Positions 1-13,879 of a DNA stretch of 64,000 nucleotides are shown in pieces. Source of the DNA: Alphaproteobacteria bacterium (lineage in GTDB: Bacteria > Pseudomonadota > Alphaproteobacteria > Micropepsales > Micropepsaceae); assembly GCA_046348525.1 (NCBI GenBank), contig JAXMEA010000014.1, positions 678 through 64,677 of the forward strand, in the 5' to 3' direction. Within the stretch, counting starts at the first letter, position 1. Each line of letters starts with the position of its first letter. Below the pieces are notes generated by a model. The model was not told where the DNA came from. It did no database searches and saw only the letters and a program-made list of their open reading frames with translations. The translations under genes were made by a program, and so were the position numbers.

Positions 1-2320
<2,320 letters not shown>

Positions 2321-2339
2321 CCATTTCAAGGCTGAAACA

Positions 2340-3569
2340 CATCGTCGAAATCAAAGTGCCCGCCGCCATGGGCGAGTCCGGTCACCGAAGCCAATCGGCT
2401 TCCAAGTGGTTCAAGAAGGAAGGTGATGCGGTCAAGCTACGAGCCGCTGCTGGAACTGAAACCGACAAGGTGACGGTGGAAGTGCCCTCGCCCGCCGATG
2501 GCGCCATCGAATCCATCGCCGCCCAGGCCGGCAGCAATCGTCGCCGTGGGCGCCCTCTTTGGGCGCCATCGCCGAAGGCAAGGCGGTAGCGCCGCTGGCG
2601 GCCCCCAAGGCCGCCGCACCCAAGGCCGAAGCGCCCAAGCCGGCTGCGCCTGCCCCTGCCCTTGGTTGCCAAGACCGATGTGCCCCAATGCCGTCGGCCA
2701 AGCGCATCGCCGAGGAATCCGGTATCGCCGTGTCCTCAGTTGCCGGCACCGGCAAGGATGGCCGCGTCACCAAGGGCGACATGCTGGGCGCGCTGGCCGC
2801 GCGCTCGTCGGCGCCGGCGCCCGTCGCCGCCGCGCCGTCCCCTGTTTCAAGTGGGCCGCGCCACAATGAAGCGCGCGAAGAGCGCGTGCCGATGACCCGG
2901 TTGCGCAAGACCATCGCGCTGCGCCTGAAGGAATCCCAGAATACTGCCGCCCAGCTGACCACCTTCAACGAAGTCGACATGACCGCGGTGATGGGCCTGC
3001 GCGCCACCTACAAGGACAGCTTCGAGAAGAAGCATGGCGTGAAGATGGGCTTCATGGGCTTCTTCACCAAGGCCGTGGTCGCGGCGCTGAAGGACCTGCC
3101 CAATATCAATGCCGAGATCGAAGGCGACAATATCGTCTATAAGAACTACTACGACATCGGCATCGCGGTTTCGACCGAGCGCGGCCTGGTGGTGCCGGTG
3201 GTGCGTGACGCCGACCAGTTGTCACTGGCGGGCATCGAAAAGGCCATCGGCGATTACGGCATGCGCGCGCGTGACAACAAGATCAAGCTGGAAGAGCTGC
3301 AGGGCGGCACCTTCTCGATCACCAATGGCGGGGTGTTCGGTTCGCTGATGTCGACCCCGATCCTGAATTCGCCCCAGTCGGGCATCCTGGGCATGCACAA
3401 GATCCAGCCCCGCCCCATGGCGATTGGCGACAAGATCGAGATCCGCCCCATGATGTACCTGGCCCTGTCCTACGATCATCGCATCGTGGACGGCCGCGAG
3501 GCTGTCACTTTCCTGGTGAAAGTGAAGGACGCGTTGGAAGATCCCCAGCGTCTTCTGCTGGAAGTTTAA
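2340..3569 (+). CDS. sucB: dihydrolipoamide succinyltransferase E2 (N-terminal lipoyl domain frameshifted in this assembly; start approximate)
   Basis: Lipoyl domain [31 protein letters not shown]3-binding [12 protein letters not shown]; catalytic [10 protein letters not shown]. Confidence 0.95.
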
Positions 3570-3570
3570 G

Positions 3571-3597
3571 AAAAAGGCGCCTCCGGGCGCCTTTTTT
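3571..3597 (+). terminator. Rho-independent terminator after sucB
   Basis: AAAAAGGCGCC-TCCG-GGCGCCTTTTTT hairpin with U-tract. Confidence 0.85.
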
Positions 3598-3664
3598 ATT
3601 CTCTGCATCTGTCGGATCGGCCAAGCTGGGATCGTCCTGTGATGGAACCTCAGCGGAGACAGCC

Positions 3665-4018
3665 ATGGCCTATGTCGACGGTTTTATCATCGCGGTGCCC
3701 AAGTCCCGGCTGGAGGACTATATGGCGATGTCGCGCAAGTGCGAGCCGATCTGGCGGGAATTCGGCGCCACCGATTATGTGGAATGCGTCGGCGACGATG
3801 TTCCCTATGGGGAGCTCACCTCATTCCCTCGCGCCGTGCAGGCCAAGGAAGACGAAGTGGTGGTGTTTTCCTGGATCGTCTATCCGTCAAAGGAAATCCG
3901 CGACGCCTGCAACAAGAAGGCGATTGAAGACCCGCGCCTGGACGGCATGATGAAAAACATGCCCTTTGACGGCAAGCGCATGATCTATGGCGGGTTTACC
4001 CCGTTCTTGGGACTTTAG
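3665..4018 (+). CDS. DUF1428 family protein
   Basis: MAYVDGF..VP, TSFPRAV, MPFDGKRMIYGGF signature; GGAG RBS. Confidence 0.9.
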   Translation: MAYVDGFIIAVPKSRLEDYMAMSRKCEPIWREFGATDYVECVGDDVPYGELTSFPRAVQAKEDEVVVFSWIVYPSKEIRDACNKKAIEDPRLDGMMKNMPFDGKRMIYGGFTPFLGL

Positions 4019-4443
4019 GCGACACGCTGGTCCAGCTGTTCGAGTTTGGCCAACTCCACATGGGCGCGCAGCTCGATCTGGTCGAGCACGTCCTGCAGCC
4101 TGGGATCGGCGAATGCTTCGTGGCGGCGGGTAACCGCGGCTGCCAGCTTGTTCAGGGTGGCACGGGGAATTTCGCCGGCCAGCAGGCCGTCGCGCACTGA
4201 ATCCAGCAGGTCCAGAAGATGTTCGCCATGCGCCAAGGCCTTGCTGCGCCCTTGCGTGGAATCGTCCATGCCCTGGAGCATCAGGATGGAATCCAGCGCC
4301 GCGATGGGGCCGGGACCGGCCACCATCTGGGCATGCGGCTCCGCCGATCCGGACACGGAAAAGCCGGAGCTGGGCGCGCCCGATGCCGGCGCCTTGCGCT
4401 TGATGGCCGAGGTTTCGACCCGGCCGGGGCCTTTGATTTCCAT
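4015..4443 (-). CDS. fliX: flagellar assembly regulator FliX
   Basis: LDSILMLQG, GEHLLDLLDSVRDGLLAG and DPRLQDVLDQIELRAHVELAKL match the FliX family as I recall it. Confidence 0.85.
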   Translation of the reverse strand: MEIKGPGRVETSAIKRKAPASGAPSSGFSVSGSAEPHAQMVAGPGPIAALDSILMLQGMDDSTQGRSKALAHGEHLLDLLDSVRDGLLAGEIPRATLNKLAAAVTRRHEAFADPRLQDVLDQIELRAHVELAKLEQLDQRVA

Positions 4444-4480
4444 GGGATTGTCCCACTGCGACACACCAGCATCCCCCTTT

Positions 4481-4488
4481 ATGGTTAA
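4481..4488 (-). promoter_or_regulatory. CtrA-type half site TTAACCAT upstream of fliX
   Basis: ATGGTTAA on + (TTAACCAT on -), ~40 bp upstream of the fliX start. Confidence 0.5.
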
Positions 4489-4546
4489 GGAAGGGTTTCA
4501 CCGTCCCGCACCGCGCCGTTTTGGTGCCCAAACCCTGGCTTTTGGC

Positions 4547-4561
4547 TGGCACGGGCCTTGA
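4547..4561 (+). promoter_or_regulatory. sigma54-type -24/-12 promoter-like element
   Basis: TGGCAC-GGGCC-TTGA versus consensus TGGCAC-N5-TTGC. Confidence 0.5.
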
Positions 4562-4600
4562 AGAATGCAGATCGGAATTTCAATGGAGAAGGATTGCCCG

Positions 4601-5017
4601 ATGTATGGCGATCGCAGGACATCGTTGACGATCATGCTGCTGGTGGCGCTGCTGGTGCTGGGCGGCGTGGCTTACTGGAAAATGACGGCCAAGCCCAAGC
4701 TGGGCCCGTATGGCGCCATCGCCATGTCGGATTCATCGCTGACCTATGGCGGGGCCTGGGGTTATCCCGATCCGCTGGCCGCCTACAAGCGGTCCATCGC
4801 CGAATGCAACAAGGCCGCCGGCGGCACCGATTGCGTGGTCAAGGTCACGCTGAAGGACAATTGCGGTGCGCTGGCCATCAGCGTCGAGCGCAACGCTTCG
4901 TTCCTGGTGCAGGGACGCGACCAGGTCACCGCCACCGCCACCGCCATGGAACAATGCCAGGCGACAGGCGCCAGCGACTGTTCCATCCACGAGAACATCT
5001 GCTCTTCGAATTCGTAA
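4601..5017 (+). CDS. DUF4189 domain membrane-anchored/exported protein
   Basis: N-terminal hydrophobic helix; YGAIA...C...C...NCGALA...C...C...C pattern. Confidence 0.75.
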   Translation: MYGDRRTSLTIMLLVALLVLGGVAYWKMTAKPKLGPYGAIAMSDSSLTYGGAWGYPDPLAAYKRSIAECNKAAGGTDCVVKVTLKDNCGALAISVERNASFLVQGRDQVTATATAMEQCQATGASDCSIHENICSSNS

Positions 5018-5040
5018 AGCCTGTCTCCAACAGGATACCC

Positions 5041-5075
5041 ACGGCTCGCGCAGTCCCTAGCTGCGCGGGCCGTTT
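5041..5075. terminator. hairpin between convergent genes
   Basis: ACGGCTCGCGCAG-TCCCTAG-CTGCGCGGGCCGT followed by T-rich bases. Confidence 0.6.
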
Positions 5076-5077
5076 CT

Positions 5078-5560
5078 TTACGCCCTGTGATAGGGGTGCC
5101 CCGCCAGGATGGTGAGGGCGCGATAGACCTGTTCGGTCAGAAGCGCGCGGGCCAGAAGATGCGGCCAGGTTTGCGGCCCAAAGGCCAGGCTGCGGCCCGC
5201 TTTCTTGCCCGGCAGGGGGGCGAGGCCGTCGGGGCCACCAATCACAAACGCCAGATCCTTGGTGCCGACATCGCGCAGGCCGCCCAGCATCTCGGCGAAA
5301 TCCTCGCTCGTCATGCCCTTGCCGCGCGCATCCAGCAACACCAGGTGGGCGCCATCGGGCAGCCGCGCCGACAGGCGTTCGGCTTCATCCTTCATGCGGG
5401 CTTCGACGTCGCGGTGCCTGGAAACCGGCAATTCCTCCAGCGTTACGGCGGAGAACCCCATGTTGCGGCCCATCTTGCGGGCGCGGTCGCAGAAATCCTC
5501 GCACAGCATCCCTTCGGGAGTGCCGCGCATGTGACCGATGGCGTAAATCCAAAGACGCAT
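5078..5560 (-). CDS. rlmH: 23S rRNA pseudouridine-1915 N3-methyltransferase
   Basis: LDARGK, FVIGGPDG, TWPHLLAR..EQVYRA..GHPYHR; downstream of rsfS. Confidence 0.95.
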   Translation of the reverse strand: MRLWIYAIGHMRGTPEGMLCEDFCDRARKMGRNMGFSAVTLEELPVSRHRDVEARMKDEAERLSARLPDGAHLVLLDARGKGMTSEDFAEMLGGLRDVGTKDLAFVIGGPDGLAPLPGKKAGRSLAFGPQTWPHLLARALLTEQVYRALTILAGHPYHRA

Positions 5561-5564
5561 GGCG

Positions 5565-6053
5565 CTATTTGCGCGCGCCGACCGACCACATGCCTTCCAG
5601 GTCGTAATAGTCGCGCACTTCGGGGCGGAACAGGTGCACGATCACATCGCCGGCATCGACCAGCACCCAGTCGCCCTGCCCCTGGCCGCTGACTGGGCGG
5701 GTGCCGTAGCCGCCCTCCTTCAGCTTGCGCGCCAGGTGTTCGGCCATCGCCGCGACATGGCGCGAAGAACGCCCGGACGCAATCACCGCGGCATCGCACA
5801 GAGCCGAGCGGCCCTCCAGGTCGATGGTGACGATATTCTCGGCCTTGTCGTCATCCAGCGACGCCAGGATTCGCTTCAACAGATCGCTTTGCGGCGCGGC
5901 CGCTGCAACCTTTTTTGGCGCGGGCTTTTTGGCAGCGGGTTTGCTGGTTTTCTTGGCCGGCTTCTTTACGGCTTTTTTGGCCGGAGATTTCTTTGCGGCC
6001 TTCGCCTTGGTTTTGGGCTGGGCTTTGGCAGCGGGCTTCTTCTTGGCTTTCAG
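5565..6053 (-). CDS. rsfS: ribosome silencing factor with Lys/Ala-rich N-terminal extension (CTG start proposed)
   Basis: DDDKAE, IASGRSSRHV, WVLVDAGDVIVHLFRPEVRDYYDLE. The frame stays open upstream through KAKKKPAAK-type sequence to a CTG preceded by AAAGGA. Confidence 0.85.
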   Translation of the reverse strand: MKAKKKPAAKAQPKTKAKAAKKSPAKKAVKKPAKKTSKPAAKKPAPKKVAAAAPQSDLLKRILASLDDDKAENIVTIDLEGRSALCDAAVIASGRSSRHVAAMAEHLARKLKEGGYGTRPVSGQGQGDWVLVDAGDVIVHLFRPEVRDYYDLEGMWSVGARK

Positions 6054-6070
6054 GGGAACGGTCCTTTGGG

Positions 6071-6676
6071 TCAGTGGGGCAGGTTTAGCATGGCCTCGGC
6101 GGCGGCACCAAGGGCCCCGGCGCGCAGCGCGGTCGAGCTTTCACGGGACCGCGGGCCATCCAGCACCACAAGCGAAGGCGCCGGTCCCAGCGTGCGGGCC
6201 ACGCCCAGCCGCCGCGCCAGCGCGGCATGCAGCGAGGACAGCACGGAACCTGGACGGCGCACCACGGCGATCGGGAGATTGGCCGCGATGTCCCGCCAGC
6301 GGCGCCAGTGCGAAAATTGTTCCAGATTGTCGCTGCCCATCAGCCAGACGAACGTGACGTTTGGGAAACGGCGTTTCAAAGCCGTGACACTGTCGATGGT
6401 GTAGCGGGTTCCCAGCTGCCGCTCGATGCCGGTGACCAGGATATGCCTGTCGCGCACCAGAAGGCGGGCCCGGTTCAACCGCATCGCCAACGCACCAGGC
6501 GGAGCTTTCAGCGGGTTGCCCGGCGACACCAGCCACCAGACATAATCCAGCTTCAGGGCCTTGCGCGCGATGTCGCTGACATAGAGATGGCCGCCATGCG
6601 CCGGATCGAAACTGCCGCCCAGCAGGCCGATGCGCAAACCGTCACAGACCGGACCGGGCGGCTTGACCCAACTCAA
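6071..6676 (-). CDS. nadD: nicotinate-nucleotide adenylyltransferase (TTG start proposed)
   Basis: IGLLGGSFDPAHGGH, WLVSPGNPLK, WLMGSDN, SSTALR. Confidence 0.93.
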   Translation of the reverse strand: MSWVKPPGPVCDGLRIGLLGGSFDPAHGGHLYVSDIARKALKLDYVWWLVSPGNPLKAPPGALAMRLNRARLLVRDRHILVTGIERQLGTRYTIDSVTALKRRFPNVTFVWLMGSDNLEQFSHWRRWRDIAANLPIAVVRRPGSVLSSLHAALARRLGVARTLGPAPSLVVLDGPRSRESSTALRAGALGAAAEAMLNLPH

Positions 6677-6686
6677 GGGCGCGCCA

Positions 6687-7953
6687 TCACGGGCGTGTTT
6701 GCCCGTTGCCACGCACCACATATTTAAAGGTGGTGAGCTGCTCGGCGCCGACGGGACCCCGCGCATGCATCTTGCCGGTGCCGATGCCGATTTCCGCGCC
6801 CATGCCAAACTCGCCGCCATCGGCGAACTGGGTGGAGGCGTTCCACAGCACGATGGCGCTGTCGACGCTGTTCATGAAGCTTTCGGCTGCCGCCTGGTCT
6901 TCGGTCACGATGGAGTCAGTGTGATGGGAGCCGTAATGCTCGATATGCTGGATGGCCTGTTCCAGCCCGTCCACCACTCGCACCGCGATGATGGCGTCCA
7001 GATATTCGGTCTTCCAGTCTTCTTCCGTGGCAGGCTTGGCAGTGGGATAGACCGCGCGGACAGCATCGTCGCCGCGGATTTCGCAGCCGGCCTTGGCCAG
7101 GTCTTCGAGGATCGGCAGGCCGTGGCTTTTCAGCACGGCGCGGTCCAGCAACAGGGTTTCGGCGGCGCCGCAGATGGATGTGCGGCGCATCTTGGCGTTC
7201 AGCGCAATGCTGCGGGATTTCTCCAGTTCAGCTTTTGCATGGATATAGACATGGCAAAGCCCTTCCAGATGGGCCAGCACGGGTACGCGCGCTTCATTGA
7301 TGACGCGGCCCGTGAGGCCTTTGCCGCCACGGGGAACAATGAGATCCACAGTGCCGCCCAGCCCTTCCAGCATCATGCCGACGGCGGCGCGGTCGGTGGA
7401 CTTTACCACCTGGATCGCGGTCTCAGGCAGGCCTGCGGCCTTCAGCCCTTCGGCCATGGCGGCCTGGATGGCGAGCGAGGAGCGGATAGAGTCCGAGCCA
7501 CCGCGCAGGATGGCGACATTGCCGGATTTCAAGGCCAGGGCACCGGCATCCGCCGTCACATTGGGACGCGATTCATAAATGATGCCGATCACGCCGATGG
7601 GCGTGGCAACACGGGCGATATCCAGGCCGTTGGGCCGCGACCAGCGCGCCAATTCGCGCCCGACCGGATCGGCCAGCCTGGCGACGGTTTCGATCCCCGC
7701 CGCCATGGCTTCGATGCGGGCATCGTTCAGCATCAAGCGATCGACCATGGGCGCAGCCATGCCCACGGCCTTGGCCGCTTCGATATCGCCCTTATTGGCC
7801 TCCAGGATTTCAGCAGCGCGGGAACGGATGGCCGCGGCGCCGACCAGCAATGCCTTGGTCTTGGCGTCGTCCCCGGCCTCGCGCATGGCGCGGGCGGCAT
7901 CGCGGGCGGCAGCGCCCACGGACATCATCTCGGCGGCAAGCGCGTCGGAAGAA

Positions 7954-7973
<20 letters not shown>
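6687..7973 (-). CDS. proA: glutamate-5-semialdehyde dehydrogenase
   Basis: [43 protein letters not shown]. Confidence 0.97.
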
Positions 7974-10430
<2,457 letters not shown>

Positions 10431-10440
10431 CTAACCCTCT

Positions 10441-10953
10441 TTATGCGGCCTGTTTTCGCAGGAATTCGGCCCGCGTCAACAGCATGTCATGGCACAGGAC
10501 TTCCATGCCCCGGGCACGGCAATCCCGCATGTTCGAGCCATTATGGCGCGCCCCCAGCTTGGCCAGGACATGGCCCGAAGCAGGGTTGTCGTAGAACCAG
10601 CCGGCATGGACGGTTTCGCAGCCCAGCGCCTCGAAGGCATAGGTCACCAGGCGGTAGGCGGCCTCGGTGGCATAGCCCTGCCCCCAGAACGGCTTGCCCA
10701 GCCAGTAGCCAAACTCGTCGCTGCCATGCAGGCCCGCCATGCCCATGAACAGACCGTCGCTCTTGCGCTGGATCACGAAGCGATGCTCGTCCGCCATGGC
10801 GATGAAGGCTTCCGCATCCCCCTCGCTATAGGGATGGGGCACGCGGCTGGTCATGCGCGCCACATCATAATCGCTGAGCCACACCGTCATGCTCTGGATA
10901 TCCCTTGGGCCAGGCGGCCGCAGGATCAGTCTTTCCGTCTCCAAGGTGCACAT
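10441..10953 (-). CDS. RimJ/RimL-like GNAT acetyltransferase
   Basis: LETERLILR, GYWLGKPFWGQGYATEA, DNPASGHVL. Confidence 0.9.
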   Translation of the reverse strand: MCTLETERLILRPPGPRDIQSMTVWLSDYDVARMTSRVPHPYSEGDAEAFIAMADEHRFVIQRKSDGLFMGMAGLHGSDEFGYWLGKPFWGQGYATEAAYRLVTYAFEALGCETVHAGWFYDNPASGHVLAKLGARHNGSNMRDCRARGMEVLCHDMLLTRAEFLRKQAA

Positions 10954-10989
10954 GTCATTCCCCGCTCGTTCCTTTCACGCGCGAGGAAT

Positions 10990-11018
10990 AAAAAAGGGAG
11001 ATGGCGGACCATCTCCCT
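10990..11018 (-). terminator. Rho-independent terminator after rpmA
   Basis: AAAAAAGGGAGATGG-CGGA-CCATCTCCCT gives a stem followed by a U-tract on the minus strand. Confidence 0.8.
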
Positions 11019-11066
11019 CGCACATAACGGGCCGCCAATTTCTTGGCGGCCTATGTCTTCAGCCGC

Positions 11067-11351
11067 CTATTCTGCCGCGATCTTCACAGCCGGGTTCGCG
11101 GCCGCAGTCACGGACACGAAGGTACGGCGCTTGTAACCGGTCTTGAACGAGACCTGGCCGTCGCGAAGCGCGAACAGGGTATGGTCCTTGCCCATGCCGA
11201 CGCCTTCGCCGGCATAGAACTTGGTGCCGCGCTGGCGCACGATCACATTGCCGCCCATGACGGATTCACCGCCGAACAGCTTGACGCCGAGCATCTTCGG
11301 GTTGGAGTCGCGACCGTTGCGCGACGAACCGCCTGCCTTTTTGTGTGCCAT
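11067..11351 (-). CDS. rpmA: 50S ribosomal protein L27
   Basis: [31 protein letters not shown]. Confidence 0.99.
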   Translation of the reverse strand: MAHKKAGGSSRNGRDSNPKMLGVKLFGGESVMGGNVIVRQRGTKFYAGEGVGMGKDHTLFALRDGQVSFKTGYKRRTFVSVTAAANPAVKIAAE

Positions 11352-11363
11352 ACGACTAGTCCT

Positions 11364-11672
11364 TTAACCGGCGGTGATGCCCAGCACCTTCACGGTCGTG
11401 AAGTGCTGGCGGTGGCCACGCTTGCGGTGGGTGTTCTTGCGGCGCTTCTTCTTGAAAGCGACGACTTTTTCGCCCTGGCCGTGTTCGACGATCTCGCACT
11501 GGACCGAGGCGCCCTTGACCAGCGGCGCGCCGATCTTGGGGCTGTCGCCGCCCAGCATCAGCACTTCCAGGTCGAGCTTGGCGCCAACGTCACCAGCAAG
11601 GCTTTCCACCTTCAGGACGCTGTCCTTGGCCACTTTATACTGTTTTCCGCCAGTGCGGACGACCGCGTACAT
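11364..11672 (-). CDS. rplU: 50S ribosomal protein L21
   Basis: [14 protein letters not shown]...RGHRQ. Confidence 0.99.
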   Translation of the reverse strand: MYAVVRTGGKQYKVAKDSVLKVESLAGDVGAKLDLEVLMLGGDSPKIGAPLVKGASVQCEIVEHGQGEKVVAFKKKRRKNTHRKRGHRQHFTTVKVLGITAG

Positions 11673-11732
11673 GGTCTAAACCTTTGAAATTAATTGTTTT
11701 TCCAGAAGAGCGAGTCTTCCGAAGAGCGGCGG

Positions 11733-11760
11733 AATATACGCATCGGCGCTTTGCGGTCAA
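11733..11760 (-). promoter_or_regulatory. sigma70-type promoter for rplU-rpmA
   Basis: TTGACC-N16-TATATT on the minus strand. Confidence 0.6.
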
Positions 11761-12299
11761 GGACCGGTTTTTGCGGGCTTTTTCAGCTGCCCCATCACCG
11801 CCCCCAAGGCCAGGGCCGCCCCCACCGCCAAGGCCGCCCATTTGGCGTGGGACAGGGTGGCCGACAGGCTGGCCAGGGCGTCGGTGGCGCCCGCCAGGAT
11901 CATGAACAGTTGCAGGGCATTTTCACCCGCATCCAGCAGCGCGCCCGCGATGGGGACAGCCGCCAGGGTGGTGAGCAGGCGGCGCAGGCGCCCGGGACGC
12001 GGTGCAAAGGCCTCGCGCGCCAGGATGCCGGAATAGAAAAACGCCGCCGCATAGAGAGGCATCAGGAGGTAATCCAGCCCCAGGTCGAATCCGGCCCGCA
12101 CCGCAAAACTGGCGCGGCGCCAGGACCAGAAGGCCATGCGGTATTCCGCGGCGCTGGAATAGGACTGCAGGTCGGCAGTGCCGACGCCTGAAGCGGCCTT
12201 CAGCTGCAGGTCCAGCGCCAACAGCACCGCAAAGACGGCGATCGCCGCGATACCGCAGATGGCCCAGCGGCGGACCAGCATTTGTTTGGTGATGCGCAT
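11757..12299 (-). CDS. hypothetical membrane protein
   Basis: About 4 hydrophobic segments; LDYLLMPLY and LDAGEN motifs; start uncertain. Confidence 0.7.
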   Translation of the reverse strand: MRITKQMLVRRWAICGIAAIAVFAVLLALDLQLKAASGVGTADLQSYSSAAEYRMAFWSWRRASFAVRAGFDLGLDYLLMPLYAAAFFYSGILAREAFAPRPGRLRRLLTTLAAVPIAGALLDAGENALQLFMILAGATDALASLSATLSHAKWAALAVGAALALGAVMGQLKKPAKTGP

Positions 12300-12329
12300 G
12301 ACGGTCCTGAAATATGCTAATTCCATCCT

Positions 12330-12965
12330 ATGCGAAGTGCGCCCCCCAGAACAGTTGGTGACATTCTCTACAATTTCCACTGGGTGATCCCGGGAGAAGC
12401 GGCGCGCGCCATGCAGGACTGGGCCGGCGGGCTGGAGCCGTTCCTGAAACGCCGCGGCATCCGCGCCATCATCAATCTGCGCGGCCGCAACGACGATCTG
12501 TCCTGGTGGCAAAAGGAAACCGCCATCGCGCGGCGCGCCGGCATTGCGCACCTGGACGCCATGCTGGATTCGCGCAAGCTGCCGACGCGGCAGATGCTGG
12601 TGCGGCTGATAGAATGTTTCGATGAGGCGCCGCGCCCCTTCATGGTGAAATGCTCCGGCGGCCAGGATCGCGCCAGCTTTGCCGCCGCTTTGTATGTGGT
12701 CCACCAGGGCGGCTGGAACGCCATGCCGGCGGCGATGCAGCAGTTTTCGCGGTTTCCCTATCTGCATTTTCCCAAGACGCATCAGCGCTGGCTGAAAGTC
12801 TTCCTGGAATTCGCGCGCACGGATGCGAACGGGGCGTCTCTGGCGGCCTGGATCTGCCAAAGCTACACGCCGGAAAAGCTGAAAGCCTGGCTGGACAGTC
12901 ACGGTCTTGCGAACGGCTATTCCGCAATCTTCACCACACCGACACGCTCGCCTTGGCAATTATGA
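12330..12965 (+). CDS. tyrosine/dual-specificity phosphatase family protein
   Basis: GIRAIINLRG and a CX5R loop KCSGGQDR. Confidence 0.8.
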   Translation: MRSAPPRTVGDILYNFHWVIPGEAARAMQDWAGGLEPFLKRRGIRAIINLRGRNDDLSWWQKETAIARRAGIAHLDAMLDSRKLPTRQMLVRLIECFDEAPRPFMVKCSGGQDRASFAAALYVVHQGGWNAMPAAMQQFSRFPYLHFPKTHQRWLKVFLEFARTDANGASLAAWICQSYTPEKLKAWLDSHGLANGYSAIFTTPTRSPWQL

Positions 12966-13570
12966 AGCTTGTAGTCGCGCCGGATGTGTTCCTGTGGCGC
13001 GAATATTTTTCTCTTCCGCAACAGAAGCAGCTGCTGGACGAGGTGCTGGCGCAGCTGGAACAGGCGCCGCTCTACAAGCCGGTGATGCCGGGTACCGGCA
13101 AAGCCTTCTCGGTCGAGGAGAGCAATTTGGGCGCCCTGGGCTGGGTGTCGGACAAGGCGGGCTATCGCTACCAGCCCACCCACCCGGTGACCGGCAAACC
13201 CTGGCCGGCAATCCCCGACTCCCTGTTGGCGCTATGGGCCAGCATCAATGACGCGCCACCGCCGGAGTGCTGCCTGGTGAACCTGTACCGGGCCGGCGCC
13301 AAGATGGGCCTGCACCAGGACCGGGACGAAAGGGATACCAGCGCGGCGGTGATCGGGGTGTCGCTCGGGGATGAGGCCCTGTTCCGCATCGGGGGACCCA
13401 TACGTGGCGGCAAGACCATCTCGGTCCTGCTGGCGTCCGGGGACGTGATCGCCTTTGGGGGTGCCGCCAGGCTCGCCTATCACGGCATCGACCGGATCAA
13501 GCCGGGAACCTCGCGGCTGCTGCCGGGGGGCGGGCGGCTCAGCCTGACGCTCCGCAGGGTCCGGGCTTAA
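12962..13570 (+). CDS. alkB: alpha-ketoglutarate-dependent dioxygenase AlkB
   Basis: GWVSDKAGYRY, CLVNLY, MGLHQDRDE, YHGI, GRLSLTLR. Confidence 0.9.
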   Translation: MKLVVAPDVFLWREYFSLPQQKQLLDEVLAQLEQAPLYKPVMPGTGKAFSVEESNLGALGWVSDKAGYRYQPTHPVTGKPWPAIPDSLLALWASINDAPPPECCLVNLYRAGAKMGLHQDRDERDTSAAVIGVSLGDEALFRIGGPIRGGKTISVLLASGDVIAFGGAARLAYHGIDRIKPGTSRLLPGGGRLSLTLRRVRA

Positions 13571-13600
13571 AAAAAGGCCCCCGGCCGGGGGGCCGGGGGC
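13569..13600 (-). terminator. Rho-independent terminator (minus strand; may also serve alkB)
   Basis: GCCCCCGGCC-CCCC-GGCCGGGGGC followed by T7 on the minus strand. Confidence 0.8.
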
Positions 13601-13716
13601 TAAATGCGCTTTGAATAGCGCGCAGGCAGGCCGGGAGGGGATGACCGGCGAGCCCAGCGAAGACGGGGGCTGGAAGCGAGCGGGGGGCAGTGCCAACAGC
13701 CCAAGGCCGTCTTCGA
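13569..13716 (-). ncRNA. candidate small regulatory RNA (~150 nt) with C-rich loops
   Basis: Upstream TTGAAA-N17-TAGTTT promoter; four stem-loops; ends in a GC hairpin plus U7. Confidence 0.6.
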
Positions 13717-13721
13717 GGAGT

Positions 13722-13750
13722 AAACTATGCAGGAATACAACAGGTTTCAA
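13722..13750 (-). promoter_or_regulatory. sigma70-type promoter of the candidate sRNA
   Basis: TTGAAA (13745-13750) N17 TAGTTT (13722-13727). The GCATAGTTT -10 context is identical to that of the predicted rpmJ promoter. Confidence 0.6.
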
Positions 13751-13879
13751 GAAAATTCGGACAACTGACAATTTTATAATGACAGTGCTATTTCTGTCAT
13801 ATCAGTTTTTGGCCAAATCACCCGGTTTTTGAAGGGTAGGCGGTCGGCGGGGCCACACTTATCCCAAGCCCCAAAGGAC

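Noticed and set aside
13611..13832. 73-aa plus-strand ORF in the alkB-EAL spacer
   Set aside because: No protein-like features and it runs through AT-rich promoter DNA. The minus-strand RNA explains the promoter, stems and terminator better, though the ORF is not fully excluded.
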